Positions 26,091 through 42,770 of a stretch of DNA of 64,000 bases are shown one piece after another. The notes under the pieces are model-generated. The model worked only from the letters and a program-made list of their open reading frames with translations. It ran no database searches and was not told the origin of the DNA. The stretch comes from Eledone cirrhosa. Taxonomy: Eukaryota. Location of the stretch: NCBI GenBank assembly GCA_964016885.1, contig OZ024743.1, positions 358,174,001-358,238,000 of the forward strand, written 5' to 3'. Position 1 is the stretch's first letter, and each line of letters opens with the position of its first letter. The translations under genes and the position numbers were made by a program.

Positions 26091-26279
26091 AATTCAATAT
26101 CACAACACACTCACTATGCGCTCTGCACAACACACACAATACATGTTCCATACAATCAATTTATACAAATAATATAACTTATACCAAACATACTCTAGAG
26201 TGTTATCACCTTATAATAGAAAACGGCCCACACAAATAAAACTCAATAAAATAAAGAGTATATATTATTACATATTTGA

Positions 26280-26613
26280 CATCCCATAGGGTAAAGACCC
26301 CCTTCGGTCACGAATAACCATGGGATTTGCACCTGCAAAGTTTCCCTCCGAGGGACAAGTCCGGGCAAGGTTGTTTGCGGAAGACCAGCAGTCACCCATG
26401 CATACCAGCCTCCCCTTTCCACGCCACCGATGATGTCCAAGGAAAAGGCAATGGCAATACAGCTTGGCACCAGTGACTACAGCTGAGTAGAGTGGAGCAA
26501 CGTTAAATAAAGTGTCATACTCAAGGGCACAACGCATCACCCGGTCCGAGAATCGAACTCACAACCTTCCGATTGCAAGCCCAATGCTCTAACCACTAAG
26601 CCAGGCACCTTCA
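26280..26613 (-). mobile_element. Second tRNA-derived SINE family
   Basis: The minus-strand head has TGGCTTAGTGG (A box) and GTTCGATTC (B box), followed by a CORE-like TGTGCCCTTGAGTATGACACTTTA segment. Confidence 0.85.
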
Positions 26614-27786
26614 CAACACATCATATACACCATCAACAATTCACATAACATTCTACTGAGTTACCATTAATAGTATAACATAACCAACACAATCACCACA
26701 TACAAAACACAACCAACGCCCAACAAAATAATAGAACGGTAAAGAGCCGTAACTTTGTGCTGCAAAGCATTGTGTCTGACGCTCTACCGATACTGCCAAT
26801 CCACCGCCCTTGTCATATTTAATAATGTTTGTGAATTTTGACTGGAATCCACGGGAATGGATTGTTCTCATTTCCTTGACTATACCTCAACTAAAGCAGA
26901 TAAATCTTCTTCTTCACTAAACTCCGCCAGTTGCAGACTGCGCATCAACATAAGATATTTTTCTCCACAAATTTTGATCACCTGCAGCAGAGTTTAAAGA
27001 GCAAAGATCAAGTCCTGTCTAGATATATTAACCCAGAGATTGGACGCATGACTAGTAGGTAAGGAATTAGTACAATCTACCTACGTAATTTGAAAAAGTG
27101 CTCAGTTCAAAATTCCGAGAGCATTGCCAAATATGACAGATACCTGAAGAAACCTAGTGAGTACAACCGTTGAAACGTTTCGATTATAACAACCAAAATG
27201 TGGATACTAGTTCGAATAAATCGGTTTATAATAATTGTCCTACTTTTGAATGTAATGAAAAAGTAAGGAATGAAAATGGAAACAATCCCATAATAATAGA
27301 TATCTTAGGAATGATAAAAATATATATATACTATCAAAATCTCCAGACGTTCACAAACACACAACATACAAAAATGGCATTACTTGGTACTTACCACATA
27401 TAGGTTACGTAGATTTGTAAAGAGAAAGCATGCAATAATATAAAATTTTCTGATTTAGGCACAAGGCTAGTTAGTAATCGAGGGCAGGTCAAATTGAATA
27501 AATTACCCCCACTACTTGACTGGTATTTTATTTTATTCATACCGGAAGGATGAAAAACAACGTTCTCCTCGGCAAGATATGAATGCTAATAGCTGGAACA
27601 AATACCACAGAATTTCATCCGATACCTTAATGGCTCTGCAAATCTACCACCCTAAGAACTATCGCAAAAACTGTTTCCATTTTTCGCGCAAGGACAGCAA
27701 TTTCAAGGGAAGGAGAAAGTCAACTCTCGACTACTAAAATAATAACTTCCTTTGGTTATTATTTTATTTTAATATCATTTTGTTTA

Positions 27787-27962
27787 TCGTATTTCCCGGC
27801 GTCGAAGACGCTGCTTTTTTTCCTAAATTAAGTCTCAAAAATCTACCATGCGTCCTGGAGGCCGAAAGTTGTTTATCATTTTTTTTTTTTTTTTTAAATT
27901 TTTGGTTGTCAAAATTGGGGTGCTTCCTCGAGGAGAAGCGTCTTCGGCGCCGGAAAATACGG
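27787..27962. mobile_element. Tc1/mariner(pogo)-type MITE
   Basis: TIRs CGTATTTCCCGGCGTCGAAGACGC / GCGTCTTCGGCGCCGGAAAATACG, with TA on both flanks. Confidence 0.8.
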
Positions 27963-28504
27963 TATATATTTTTGATAATTCCTTTCTTCGACGCCAAACT
28001 ATAATGTTCTAGGTGCTGAATACGGTCGAATGTAAACGGTAGTTTCTACCTCCGACAGGATTCAAACTCTAATAATGATTATCAGATCGATATATGTTAC
28101 TAGTCATTGGAAAAAAGAAAGATTATAATTGATTTTTTACAATTAGTAGGTGATGGGCATAATCGAAAAAAATCACATCTAGTACTCGTGTATGACTGGT
28201 ACTCAATTTATCTATAGCCGAGTGGACGAAAGGGAAAAATACACTTGAGGGTTATTTTCAACACAAGGACGTAAAGAGACGGTATTGAGTACTGAGAAAT
28301 CATTTATATGTTCTCTACGTTCTCAGCTACATTAACAGCTTGATAACAATAGTGACACCAACTATAGTAATTAAAGTGTCACTAATTTGAAAAGCCGCAG
28401 CTTTACCCCTTTCATCACCACCATCACTACAGCACCATCTCCAACACTGTCATAAGACAGAAATAACAAAAATAAAAGATGTAACAATAAAACCTTTTAA
28501 TACC

Positions 28505-29091
28505 CCTACCATCATCATCTTCACCATTATCATCATCATCATCATCATCATCATTGTCGTCGTCGTTGTCATCATTGCTGCTATCTCAATCATTGTCATG
28601 GTTATCATCATCATCAACAATAACTCTAAGAATTAAACTACAACTAATACTAATAATGATAATAATAATAACAACAACAACAACAATAATAATAATAATA
28701 ATAATGATAATAAAAATAATGATAATAATATAATAATAATACACCCATAACAACATTAACAGTAACAGATGCTACAACTGTAACAACTATAACTGTAACT
28801 TCGACAACAACAACAACAACAATACATTGACAACAACAACAACAAAAAACATAACGACAGCAGCAACAAGTAAAATATGAACAAACAAACGGCAGAACAT
28901 CAACAACAACAACAACAATACTTATTACTATTACATTAGTTAGAACAATTCAAAAACAATGGCAATTATCTACATGAACAGAAAGATAATAAACAATGAA
29001 AACAACAATAACAGCAACAACAATAACTGCAACAGCAACAACAACAGCACATACCCATTACAACAACAACAAAAACAAAGGCCCAATGATG

Positions 29092-29154
<63 letters not shown>

Positions 29155-29240
29155 TCAACAATAACAGCAACAACAGCCATTACAACAACAACAACAAAAA
29201 CCATAAAACCATGTGAACAACAACAAGAACAACGATGACC
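28505..29240. repeat. Compound (ATC)/(AAT)/(AAC) trinucleotide microsatellite region
   Basis: Direct reading. Confidence 0.9.
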
Positions 29241-29334
29241 AAAACGCTAACAGGTCGTAAATTTAATGTAAATTCTATAGATAACGGCGACTAATGCTAA
29301 TTTGTTTTTATTCGCTTACTGAACAATGTCCACA

Positions 29335-29352
29335 GACGCCATCTGGTGGCCA
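29335..29352 (-). promoter_or_regulatory. CTCF consensus-like site
   Basis: Minus strand TGGCCACCAGATGGCGTC matches the CCASYAGRKGGC core in unique sequence. Confidence 0.4.
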
Positions 29353-29619
29353 GTGTTTATAAAGTGTCGGTCAAACAATGGCGGCAATGGACGCCATTAA
29401 AAGGCATTTCACTAGGATTTCTGCCTTTGGACGATTCCAAAGACGCCAATTAGTTGCATTAAGACAGTGAATTGCCGACAGAAAGACTATTGCGCAGCCA
29501 ATTGCTGCGATAATTATAGGATTACAATGTTCTGGAATTTGGCTACGATAGTTCGATGATTTCCCGTCTGTCTTTACATATATATATACGTTTCTCTGTG
29601 TGTGGGGGGGGGGGGAGTA

Positions 29620-31420
<1,801 letters not shown>

Positions 31421-33573
31421 TGCCTTGTGTGTGCCTAAATATCCGTATGTAGGTTTGGGTGCGAATGGTAATACATATACACTTCAAAGGGAAAAAATAG
31501 TCAGAGAAAATTACTGACGGCGTTTAGACCCGACAAGCAGGCTCCACAAACGATTGTACTACCAATTTTATTATTCCAGATAGAATTTGATGATATGACA
31601 TATTACATCGACTGGTGGGATCGACCAAGAACTATGATGACGTCATCTCTCCACAAATAGACAACGCAGAATATTTTAATCCTTCATACATAGAACACAT
31701 GTACATTTATACCTCTATATAAAACAACATCTGTTTGGTATGTATATTGAGGTTGTTAGCTTGTTTATTTTGTTTTGTTGCTGTTATTGTTGTTGGTTTT
31801 CTTTTTACATAACAGTCTGAAAAGAAAGCGTCACTAACCATAGCCTTATTAGGCTGCCCTTCTAAAACATTATCGTGATACGGATAAAAAGACGAAGTTA
31901 ATATGGTTCTTTTTCGACTTAAACGGTTGCAATATTGGTGTTTGAGTGGAACAGGGAAACGGGGAAAGTTTTATCTGAATGTAGATCTAGGGAAGAAGAT
32001 ATGGGCGAAGTATTTATTTTGAAGTTTGGTGATTAAATCACTCTTGGGCTATTATACACTAATATATTCTTTTTATTTGTTGTTATAGTTTCGGCCGTTG
32101 TACCCCCTGGCTTTTGTCCGGTGTCTGTCGTATTCGGTAACGTTCTCAGAATTTTTAACAGAACTCTTTATTCAAGCCAGAGGTCGACAGTATAAGAACA
32201 TTACCAAATAAGACAAGTTTCTGGGGAAGGCATTACTGTAGTTCCCGAGTAGCATGTGAGATTCAAAACTAGGTGTAGCTCTCGAGGGAATATGAGGTTT
32301 CAGTGCTATTTTTCCTCAATTTTCCTGTTTCAAATCTCTCTTTTCCTTCTAATAAAGTAACAACCACGCTATCCTTAGTAACAACTACATCACTTTAATC
32401 AGCTTTAACATCCTATTAGCCATGTTTTAACGCAATAAAGTATTAACTACGAGAAAACCCTAATTAATCTACTTTAGTGAGTAAAACTATGTAGCTGTAT
32501 ATTTTCTTATTTATAAACATAGTTTTAAAAAAATATATTTTGCAGCCCTTGAACGTAAAAATAAAATGTGGCTTTTCTTATCCAGCAGCTTGGCAACCAC
32601 TGGTGCATAAGAATTATAGTTCCTCATCTCAGAAATTCAGAAAAACTTTAGAAGTAGTGCGAGGCAAGTGCAGAAAATGTCTGTTTCCGTGGCGGATGTA
32701 TTAGGTTTCTATATGATCTACCATAGTTAATCCATAGTCCACATTACCTTTGTATGTATGGTACAGTGAAGAGTGTCTGATATTAGTTGAGCTTGAAAGT
32801 TAGAAACTTGCAATTTGGTCCCCAGACACAAGAAATGACGTAATTGAGCTGGTGTTAATCGGACATATATTTTACTGTTTGACAGGTCAACCCTGACAAA
32901 TTGATATTTTTCACTGAGCGCATTGTGGAAATACGAGTGTAGGGCGTGTCTCTTCACATTATTGAGGAACAACTAAAGCTAAGTTGTTTGATATATTCAT
33001 TGGCAAACACAGGGGGTTAATTAATTTATTAAATTGTTGAATTGGTTGATTCAATGGTTGATCGCTCAATTGCGTGTTTTGGTTATTTCGATAGTTCTGT
33101 CTATGATAATACTGTGAAATATCATCCATTTTATGTCACATTAACCAACATTAATTTATATCATCCTTCTATCTCTTACCTCGGGTTCTGCTCTCGTCTA
33201 ATTGATAACTGTACACCACCAGCCCTAATAGATTCTAATCCACATGCCCGGCTCTTCTCCACTCAGTATAATAAAACTGTTTTCCTCCCACACCACAACA
33301 GTACATCTTCACTTCAGAACTTTACTCTCTGGAAATCCTACTGTGTTTATTTTTCTCACCAATCTCCATCAGTTCAAACTTGCCAAATTAACCCTATTAG
33401 ATGAACTATGAAGGCTTAGAATTAATATGTATAAAACTGATATGTACAATACCTTTCTCATCCGAAGAAACAAATAAAATGAACTAAATTACAAATGAAT
33501 GGGTTCAACGATTCTTTTCTTAATCGAACATAAAATGCATAGCAAAAGGGTAGCATTGCTGTCGTTATTTGTG

Positions 33574-33621
<48 letters not shown>

Positions 33622-34067
33622 TTGTTATTGTTGTCGTTGTTCAGTCATAGGTTAGTTCTGACCAAATAGATAAGCGACGTTCCAGCCCTAATCATCCCGA
33701 ATTTTTGTCATATCTGTGACTCCATTTTGCAATGTCTTTTTATTTTAAGACAGTAGGGTGTAATTGGAAGGAGATTTAATTGCTATTTCTAGCAGATTGA
33801 TATACTATGTAGAGACTCACTTGATAGTAATGAAGCATGAAATTTTGGCTATGAATGTGTTTGAGTATAGTGTAGGGACAAAACATTTATGAATTCTACA
33901 GACTTCAATTAACAAAAGCTAAGATAGTCTGACGCCCGGCGTAAATATATTTTAAGACAATTTCAAACCTTGAAACTGAAATATTCTCCATTTCCTCCAC
34001 TACACTTTCTGTCGTCGGTGGAGAGAGATAAAAATAAAGAATGTAAAACAGCATAATAAATCTACTA

Positions 34068-34395
34068 AGGTGGTGAAATGGCTGAATCGTTAGAGCAGTG
34101 AATAGAATGCATTGCTGCATTTGTTTCTGCTGTGCTCTGAGTTCAAATTTCACCAAAGTCAACTTTGCTTTGCAGCATTACGGCATTGATAAATGGTCTC
34201 TAATTTAGGCACAAGGCTAGCAATTTGGAGATGGTACAAGTCGATTAAATCTACGTCGGTACTTGACTGTTACTTTATTTTATCGACCTCAGAAATCTAA
34301 AAGACAAAGTTGAGTCGAGGTTTGAACTCAAAAAGTTAAGAATCGGAACAAATGTCATGAAGCATTTCTTTCGGTGCTCTAACGATTCTGTCAAA
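34068..34395. mobile_element. Two old SINE copies, tail-to-tail
   Basis: Plus-strand head GGTGGTGAAATGGCTGAATCGTTAGAGC..GAGTTCAAAT. The minus-strand copy contains TTTATCGACC..GTTTGAACTC. Confidence 0.7.
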
Positions 34396-34819
34396 ACATA
34401 CCCTTGCTAGCAATGTACTCTCTATCTCTACCCTCTCTATTTCTCTCTCCCTCTCTCCTCTCTCTCTTTCTCCCCCCCCTCTCTCTCTCTCTCTCTCTGT
34501 CTTATTCTCAGAATAGGCTGTTACGCAATGAGAAAGGTCGTGGGTGATCACTCACAGTGTCCATTTCGTCAGAAATTGTGATAAGTTGAATAAGGAGTTA
34601 GCAACCTCATAGAAAGACTGATATGTTGCTGAAATTATTGAAGGAGAGCCCAGTGTGTACTGCAGCACAGAATGGAATTTAAGAAGAAGTTTTGTAACTA
34701 ATTAGCTTATCTTTTACTCATATAAAAAGAAAATTGAGGTCGATGAGCTCCATGACAACAACGTAAGTTGGCAGAGTATTCCAGCAGGGTGTAGTTTGGA
34801 CGAAAGTATATATATATAA

Positions 34820-34952
<133 letters not shown>

Positions 34953-34963
34953 GTGTGTGTGTG

Positions 34964-34995
<32 letters not shown>

Positions 34996-35475
34996 CTCAA
35001 AACAGGAGAAGGTGCAAAGGACAAAAACAATGGAAAAAACGAAAAAACGCACAGTTCCATCTTCTAAGTTAACCTTAGCAATCACCAGACTTTCGGAACA
35101 TTAACGTTTATACTGTTCATTCCAGCACACGTAACAACACAGGTAGATACAAGTTATGCCTTTCGGCGAATTACACAAGTAAATGCGAAAAAGTATCCCA
35201 GGTGCGTCAACTGACAAAGAAGGGAGAGAACGGCACGCTAAGGCTTAGTCTAAGGAGAAAAATAGAAGAAAAAAAACAGAAAAGAATAATATGGACTGGA
35301 GTCCAAGTGCAGACAAAGAAGAATGACACTGGAGCGTAGAAAATGTCAGGGAGAATAGAGAAAGGACAGACCGGGCGGTGTGACGTCTATTATATGATAG
35401 TTTTAAAAAAGCCCGCACATCTGTATGTATGTACGTATGTATGTATGTATGTATGTATGTATGTATATATATATG

Positions 35476-36008
35476 TCAGGCCGCTGTCGTGTGCTACTTG
35501 TAACATGTAACCCAGTAACCTGTTTCATGATCGGGGCGTCAGCGACAAACCGGCAACCTCACCAAGCTATTGGTGAGGAGGGTGATATTTGGACACCCTG
35601 CGGGATGAAATACAAGACCCGGCAAAAGGTGGAGGAGCTCAGCAGAGTCAACGACCATCCAAATAGTAGGTTTTTGTTTTTATTTTGTTTGTTTGTTTTT
35701 TTCACCTGGGAGTGAAAGGCCCCCAGTTGTTGTCACAACACCTTTCTAAGAGAGGGAAACTCTGAAAAAAAAAACCTGCGGCTTCGGAAACATCCAATGA
35801 TGTTGACTAGTTCTCCTTTTCGGGTAGTGATTTCGATGCTCAGAGAGTGGGATTGGTCGAGCGCAAGGCCCTTCCCCACTTAAAAAACCTTCAAAGCAGA
35901 GGTATTGCTTGTTCAGGATATGTTACAGGCTCGTGTGGTTGGCCATAGCCTAAAAATGCACCAAACTCTGACAAGCGATTGCAGTACACTTAGCAGAGTT
36001 TGCAGCCA
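35476..36008 (+). mobile_element. Non-autonomous RTE-related repeat between (TATG)n tracts
   Basis: Collinear with 56322-56830 (GTAACATGTAACCC, GCGAC.AACCGG.AACC.CACCAAG, CTGCGGGATG). Confidence 0.7.
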
Positions 36009-36518
36009 TCATGTATGTATGTATGTATGTATGTATGTATGTATGTATGTATGTATGTATGTATGTCGCGCTGGATCTCACTGAGAATTAAGTTAAGTGT
36101 CTGTGGAATGGTCAGACATGCGTTAATTTCACGTGCAGGCTGTTCCGTCGATCGAACACTCATCGTTGAAACCGACGGAGGTCCATTGATTTATTTATTT
36201 ATTTATGTATGTATGTATGTATGCATGCATGTATGTATGTATGTATATATGTATATATGTATATATGTATGTATGCATTCATGTATGTATGTATGTATGT
36301 GTGTATGTATGTATGTGTGTATGTATGTATGTGTACTAAATAGACACCCACACAAAAGACATTCACAGAAAAGAAAAAGAAGTTTTGTTGACGTGGTCAA
36401 AGTAGAGTCTATAAATAAATCAATAGATAAATAAATAATATATAATTCAATCAAAGTAAATATGGAACATTTAAAATATTTCATATTTATATATATATCT
36501 ATATATATATGTACATAC

Positions 36519-36610
<92 letters not shown>

Positions 36611-36648
36611 ATGTATGTATGTTGGTATATATGTATATTTAAGCACAC

Positions 36649-36713
<65 letters not shown>

Positions 36714-36715
36714 TA

Positions 36716-37142
36716 TGTAGGAGGTGAGTTTTATTGTAGTACAATAAAGCAATGCAGATATCGGATAAGAAGCACTCTACAGTTTGTGGGACTGGAGTAT
36801 GCATAATATAAGATCAAAAGATGGTTAAAGGAGTTCAATATATTTTATTATGCGCATTTCAAAAACAAACATCATCAAACAATAATATTTGTGTTTTCAT
36901 CAGATAAAACAGGAGAACATGATATGAAGGCTAAAAAAAACACTTGTTGATAGTGCAGTTTTAAATCAACATATGTTGATTTAAAACTGCACTATCAACA
37001 AGTGTTTTTTTTAGCCTTCATATCATGTTCTCCTGTTTTATCTGATGAAAACACAAATATTATTGTTTGATGATGTTTGTTTTTGAAATGCGCATAATAA
37101 AATATATTGAACTCCTTTAACCATCTTTTGATCTTATATTAT
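36716..37142. mobile_element. Perfect 340-bp palindrome (36803-37142) of the same HHR element as 13 kb, long arm on the minus strand
   Basis: Centre CAACAT|ATGTTG at 36972/36973; arms are exact. 36716-36805 matches the reverse complement of 13365-13458. Confidence 0.92.
37034..37104 (+). ncRNA. Type I hammerhead ribozyme (mirror copy - 36841-36911)
   Basis: TGTTTTAT-CTGATGA-AAACACAAATATTATT gttt GATGATGTTTGTTTTT-GAAA-TGCGCA-TA-ATAAAATA. Confidence 0.88.
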
Positions 37143-38125
37143 ATATACATATATATATACGTGTGCTTTAACATATATATGTGTGTGTGTGTGCGCGTGT
37201 GTTTGAGTGTGTATGTATATATGTACACATGCGTGTATTTGTGTGTCTGTGTGCATGTGTGTCTGAAAATTTTTAATCGTTAATATTATCGATATGTAAG
37301 GTCAGTAAGAGATGTTTTAAAGTGACTCAGTAGTAAGCCATAATTGATCCGTAAAAATACCTTCGTCGCTTTTTGTCATTTTGTTTGCTATTACTATTTC
37401 TTTTATTTTCGAATTTTTATCATTATTTTTTGTTGCAATTCTTTAATATTTTTTTTTTAATGTTTTTTGATTTCTTAATTTTCTTTTCGGCTCACTTTTT
37501 TATATAAAAATATATATTTGTTATATTTAGAAGAGAAATTGTCAATAAGTTGACCGAAAAAGAGAACAGAACACTTGAAACTGAAGTCTCCACATTAAAG
37601 AGAAAAAAATGTCTTTTCGATCATCCATTTTTATTTAATGGATTTCAGTGTATTGCAATATTTCTACTGATGGTCGTCCATTTTGTTTCAATATTTTTAT
37701 TCTAATTTCCATTTTTTTCTTGTTTTCTTTTCTTATATTTCCTTTTTTTTTAACATATTCTTTGTTTTCATTTTATTTCATTGTATTTATTTTCGTTTTA
37801 TTTTTGTTTTGTTATTTATTAATTCATCTAATCGTTGTTGTTGGTCTTGTTTGTTTTATTATTTTTGTTACATTTTCGTTTGTATTGTATTGTATTGTAT
37901 GTTTAGGTTTACATTTTCTTTCATTGCACTTTTTTATTCGTTTATTTATCTAATTGATGTTCATGTTCTTGTTATTGTTGTTCGGGCTCTTGTTGTTGTT
38001 CTGCCTTTTCTTTCTTCTTCTCTCCCTTCATTTTCTTCTGTATTTATTCTATTACTATTATTATTATTGCTGTTACTATTGTTGTTAATATTATCATTAT
38101 TATTATTTTTTATTCCGTTATTATT

Positions 38126-38199
<74 letters not shown>

Positions 38200-38496
38200 T
38201 GTTGTTGTTGTTGTTGTTGTTGATAAATAAGTTCTGTGACTTCCTTTCTTCTGGATGCTTATTTTAAACTGTCATTAGAAAATCAAATCCTATGGGTTAA
38301 TTGAGAATTTTTCTTCGTGTATACATGCATACCTACACACATATACGCGCGTGCACATGCAAACACACACGTACAGCCACATGTGCTCACATACACACAT
38401 TCATACACACGCAACCACTTACACACTCGGACAGATAGGTGCATATAACATAAACACGGACACGTGTATATACATATATATATGTATGTGTATATA

Positions 38497-39722
38497 TCTC
38501 TCTATATATAAAATTATTTGTCTCTCTGTCTGTTTGTCTGTCTGTTCTTATGCATTCTCAACGGCTAGAGCAAACCAAATCAAATTTTACAAGGTAATAG
38601 TATTAGACCCCTGGAGTGTCAACATGTAATTTTTATTTTCATTTGGATTAAAACAATATGACATTTTAACTAAAATAACCTTTCTATAGTGAACTATAGT
38701 AAAACCACGACGATGACGACGTCACCTTTTGTTTATGGGTGTGTATGTGTCTGTGAGTGAGTGTGTGTGTGTGTTTGCGAGTTAGTTACGTTCGTTAGGC
38801 CTCAGTGAATTAAACACACACACATCTACACATACATATACACATTATCTTCACACACAGACAATTAAACACACACACACATCTACACAAGTAATAGGTG
38901 TGCGTGAATGTATGTGTGTCCGTCTTAGTATATGTATGTGAGAGTGTATGTGTGTGTGAGTGTATGTGAGATTGTATGTGAGAGTGTATGTGTGTGTGAG
39001 TGTATACGTGAGTGAGTGAATGTGTGATAATTTTTATTTTAAAGTTAGGCCTCAGAGAACTAAACACACAACCACCTACACATACAGATACATATGTGAT
39101 GACAGACAGGTGTGCGTGGAGGTATGTCTGTGTGTGTCTGTCTTAGTATATTATGTGAGTGTATGTGAGTGTTTGTGAAAGTGTATGTGTGTGTGAGTGT
39201 ATATATGTGTGAGGGTATGTGAGACTGTTTGTGTGAGTGTATGTGTGATAATTTTTATTTTCATTTGGATTAAAATATAACGACGTCACATTTTGTATAT
39301 GAATGTGTATGTGTCTGTGAGTATGTGTGCGCGCGCATTCATTGGGTACGTAATTAAATACACAGACACATCTACACATATGTAGCGACTGGCCAAAAAT
39401 GAGGTGAAAGCTATGCGTGTGTTTGTGTGAATGTATGTCTGTGTGTGTCTATCATGGTATATATACATGAGAGTGTGTGAGTGTGTGACAGCAATTTATT
39501 CATTTGGACACCAACAAAAAATTACACAATGAATATTGTTTACCCCGAGGTGCTTCAAGATTGACAGATTTTCATTTCTAAATTCTATTATCATTAGAAT
39601 TTTGATATTTTTTTAAAATAAAATATAAATATTTTGAGAAAAAAAACATATCTTCATATTTATTGTTTACTAATCTGAATAAGAACAGCAGTAACCCGAG
39701 CAACGCCGGGTAATTCAGGTAG
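38497..39722 (+). mobile_element. Non-autonomous Helitron-like element
   Basis: 5' TCTATATATAAAA; 3' hairpin CCCGAGCAACGCCGGG then TAATTCAGGTAG. Internal (GT)-rich repeats. Paralog at 46555-47600. Confidence 0.75.
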
Positions 39723-39854
<132 letters not shown>

Positions 39855-39995
39855 AGAATGGAGGCGGTAAAAGCCAGTTAGACCATTACTCACCAGAGTA
39901 GTTGATACTTGGAGTAGCTGTTGAAACGGCAAGAACTCAGCCGTCGGGGTCCCGAATTTTCCATATATAAATATATATAAACCATACATACTAAG

Positions 39996-40080
<85 letters not shown>

Positions 40081-40542
40081 TGGAGAGAGAGAGAGAGGGG
40101 GGCGCAATCTTCCTTGAACTGAAAAAATTTCTATAAAAGAATTTGCTACTGGTGAATATGATTGCGACGTGGTGGTGGTGGTGGTTATAATGGATGTTAT
40201 ATCTAGCAAGTCGAGTGGCTTCGTAGAGCCTCCCTGGTGTTGTGATGTGTTGTTTTGGTAGTGGGGATGATGTTGGGTATGGTGAAATTGGCAGATATGG
40301 TTGTGATTGTATTGTGTTGGTGTTGTGATTTGGGAGTGATAGTGTAATAATTTTCTAGTGGAGTGTGATTGTGGATTTGCGGGTTAGTGAATGTAGTGTG
40401 AACGTAGTTGTGATAGTAGGGATAACTTAGGATAATGGCAGCAATGATGGTGTGACGGTTACGGTTTAGGTGTTGTAGTGTAGCGATGGTTTCCAGCCTC
40501 TTTTGCGATATGAACCCCAAATATTATTAAGAAACTTATAAA

Positions 40543-40727
40543 GGGCGGTGGATTGGCAGTATCGGTGGAGGGTCGGACGCCATGCGTTCCAGCATAGTTA
40601 CGTCCCTTTACGATCTGAGTTCAAATCCCGCCGAGGTTGACTTTGCCTTTCATCCTTACGGGGTCGATAAAATAAAAGTACCAGTAATGCACTGGGTATT
40701 GCTGGCCTTGTGCCTAAGGTAGAAACA
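40543..40727 (+). mobile_element. tRNA-derived SINE with 20-bp TSD
   Basis: Family match. ATTATTAAGAAACTTATAAA occurs at 40523-40542 and 40728-40747. Confidence 0.93.
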
Positions 40728-41023
40728 ATTATTAAGAAACTTATAAATAACTTAAATTTGATAAAGCATGTACATATATGTACATATTTTTCCTTTATTT
40801 AAAAAAAAAGTTAAATCATTTCATAAATAATAACATTAAAGTAGAAAGGATTACTCCAACTTAAGATAAAGTTACAAGAACAAAATCGAAATGAAGAAGA
40901 AACAGAGAGGGACAAAATAGTCATTGAAAAGGTCACAGAATGGGCGACGAAAGAGCTTTCAGAACTAAATAGCTACCCGTTCACTAAACCAACCGATAAA
41001 TGGTTTAATTACTTCACTAATAA

Positions 41024-41424
41024 TTGTTTCTACGTGAGGCACAAGGCCAGCAATTACCCAGTGCATTACTGGTACTTTATTTTATTGACCCCGTAAGGAT
41101 GAAAGGCAAAGTTAACCTCGGCGGGATTTGAACTCAGAATGGCAAGGGCCGTAACTCTATACGTCAAAGCATGGCGTCCGACCCTCTCCCAATACTGCCA
41201 ATCACTAATAATAGTTTCTGATTTAGGCCAGCAATTTTAAAGGAGAGGAAAGTCGATTAAATCGACCCCAGTGCATTACCGGTACTATATATTATCGACC
41301 CCGTAAGGGTGAAAAGCAAAGCTAACCCCGACGAGATTTGAACTCAGAACGTAAAGGACCGTACCTCTATGCCGCTAAGCATGTTGTCCGACGTTCTACC
41401 GATGCTGCCAATCCGCCACCCTTG
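41024..41424 (-). mobile_element. Two nested/tandem tRNA-derived SINEs
   Basis: Outer TSD TTACTTCACTA(A/G)TAA at 41009 and 41425. Inner CACTAATAAT is repeated at ~41016 and 41203. Confidence 0.88.
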
Positions 41425-42584
41425 TTACTTCACTAGTAACAAAACCGAAGTATATCTATCTGCTCATAACCCATGCTATATTTGTACTTTAGTCATTATT
41501 GAGGTCCGCAATTAATGAAAGCAAACGTTGACTACATAAACGTTAGACCATCAAATCGCGACAATAGAAGGTTGCAGCATTGATTCTGGGGTTTACCTTT
41601 TTAGATTTTAACCTTAGTCTAAGTACTTTGATCTATTTAACTCTGCATTTATAAGAAATTAACGCAAGCAGCTAGTAATAGTTTCAGAAACGACTCGTCA
41701 AATTGCTCTTTAAGCTTAAAATATGAGGAAAATGCAAGTCGGTCGGTAATTCATGTTCTGTTTATTTTAAATGCAATGCTGTAATATCATTGTAACGTTT
41801 GTGAGCAATTTGTTTAAAGGGAAAACAATAAATAAATAAACAATAAACAATAAATAAATAAATAAATAAATGATTAAACAAATAAATAAATAAAGAGGAA
41901 CGAATCTACTTGAAATGAAATAAACGAATGAATGTATAAATAAATAATAGATAAATAATTTTCAATAGATTCTGTTTAAGCGAAAAGTTATAACATTTAA
42001 AAAAGCTGCGAAACTTTTTCTTACGCAACATTTTTTCCTGTTCTTCTTACAAAGCAATACTTTCAGGTTTAAATTTCGGCGAAGTTGTATTATAAACAAC
42101 CGACAAATTAATAAATCGAGGGGTTATTTTCATCAGAAGCACCCATAAATGAAGACGTAATCGTTTTTCTTGGGCCTCATTTGTTTATTTTTTAATTTAT
42201 GTATTTCTTTATTGATATTCACTGACTAACTCCAGTAAAGAGACAGCAGTTGTATTGTTTGTTTCGAAAATCTCACCGGGCATTTACAAACTCAAGAGAG
42301 ATACTTTCATTTCCTCTACAATCTCCTATAAACTAGGCTTTTTTTTTCAATTTGTTTCCGTTGATTTTATTTGCAATGGCCAAGAATGAGAGTTTTTGAC
42401 CAATATACCACTCCTTGAATCCACACCACATTAAGTATTCTTTCGTTTTATTTGATAACACTTTTTTTATCTTTTGCTTGCTTTCTGTTTATTTGTCTGT
42501 TATTCAACTTTCTCAACCAGTCTCCATCTTGATTAATTGCATGGCAATTTACTATTGCGCCATTTTTTCTTCGTCGTTTTGTGT

Positions 42585-42770
42585 GGGTATGTTTGTGTGC
42601 GTGTGTGTATGTGTATGTATGTTTGTGTGCGTCTGTGTACGTGTATTTATGTTTGTGTGCGTCTGTGTATGTGTATTTATGTTTGTATGCGTTTGTGTAC
42701 GTGTATTTATGTTTGTATGCGTTTGTGTACGTGTATTTATGTTTGTGTGCGTATGTGTATTTATGTGTAT
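42585..42770. repeat. ~30-bp GT-rich minisatellite
   Basis: GTATTTATGTTTGT(G/A)TGCGT(C/T)TGTGTA(C/T)GT repeated about 5-6 times. Confidence 0.85.

Noticed and set aside
26540-26613. tRNA gene
   Set aside because: A and B boxes are present, but the sequence continues into a SINE body with no complete cloverleaf.
27146-27190. CTGAAGA...GAAACGTTTC hammerhead-like motif
   Set aside because: No convincing stem I and only a 3-bp stem II; at best a decayed copy.
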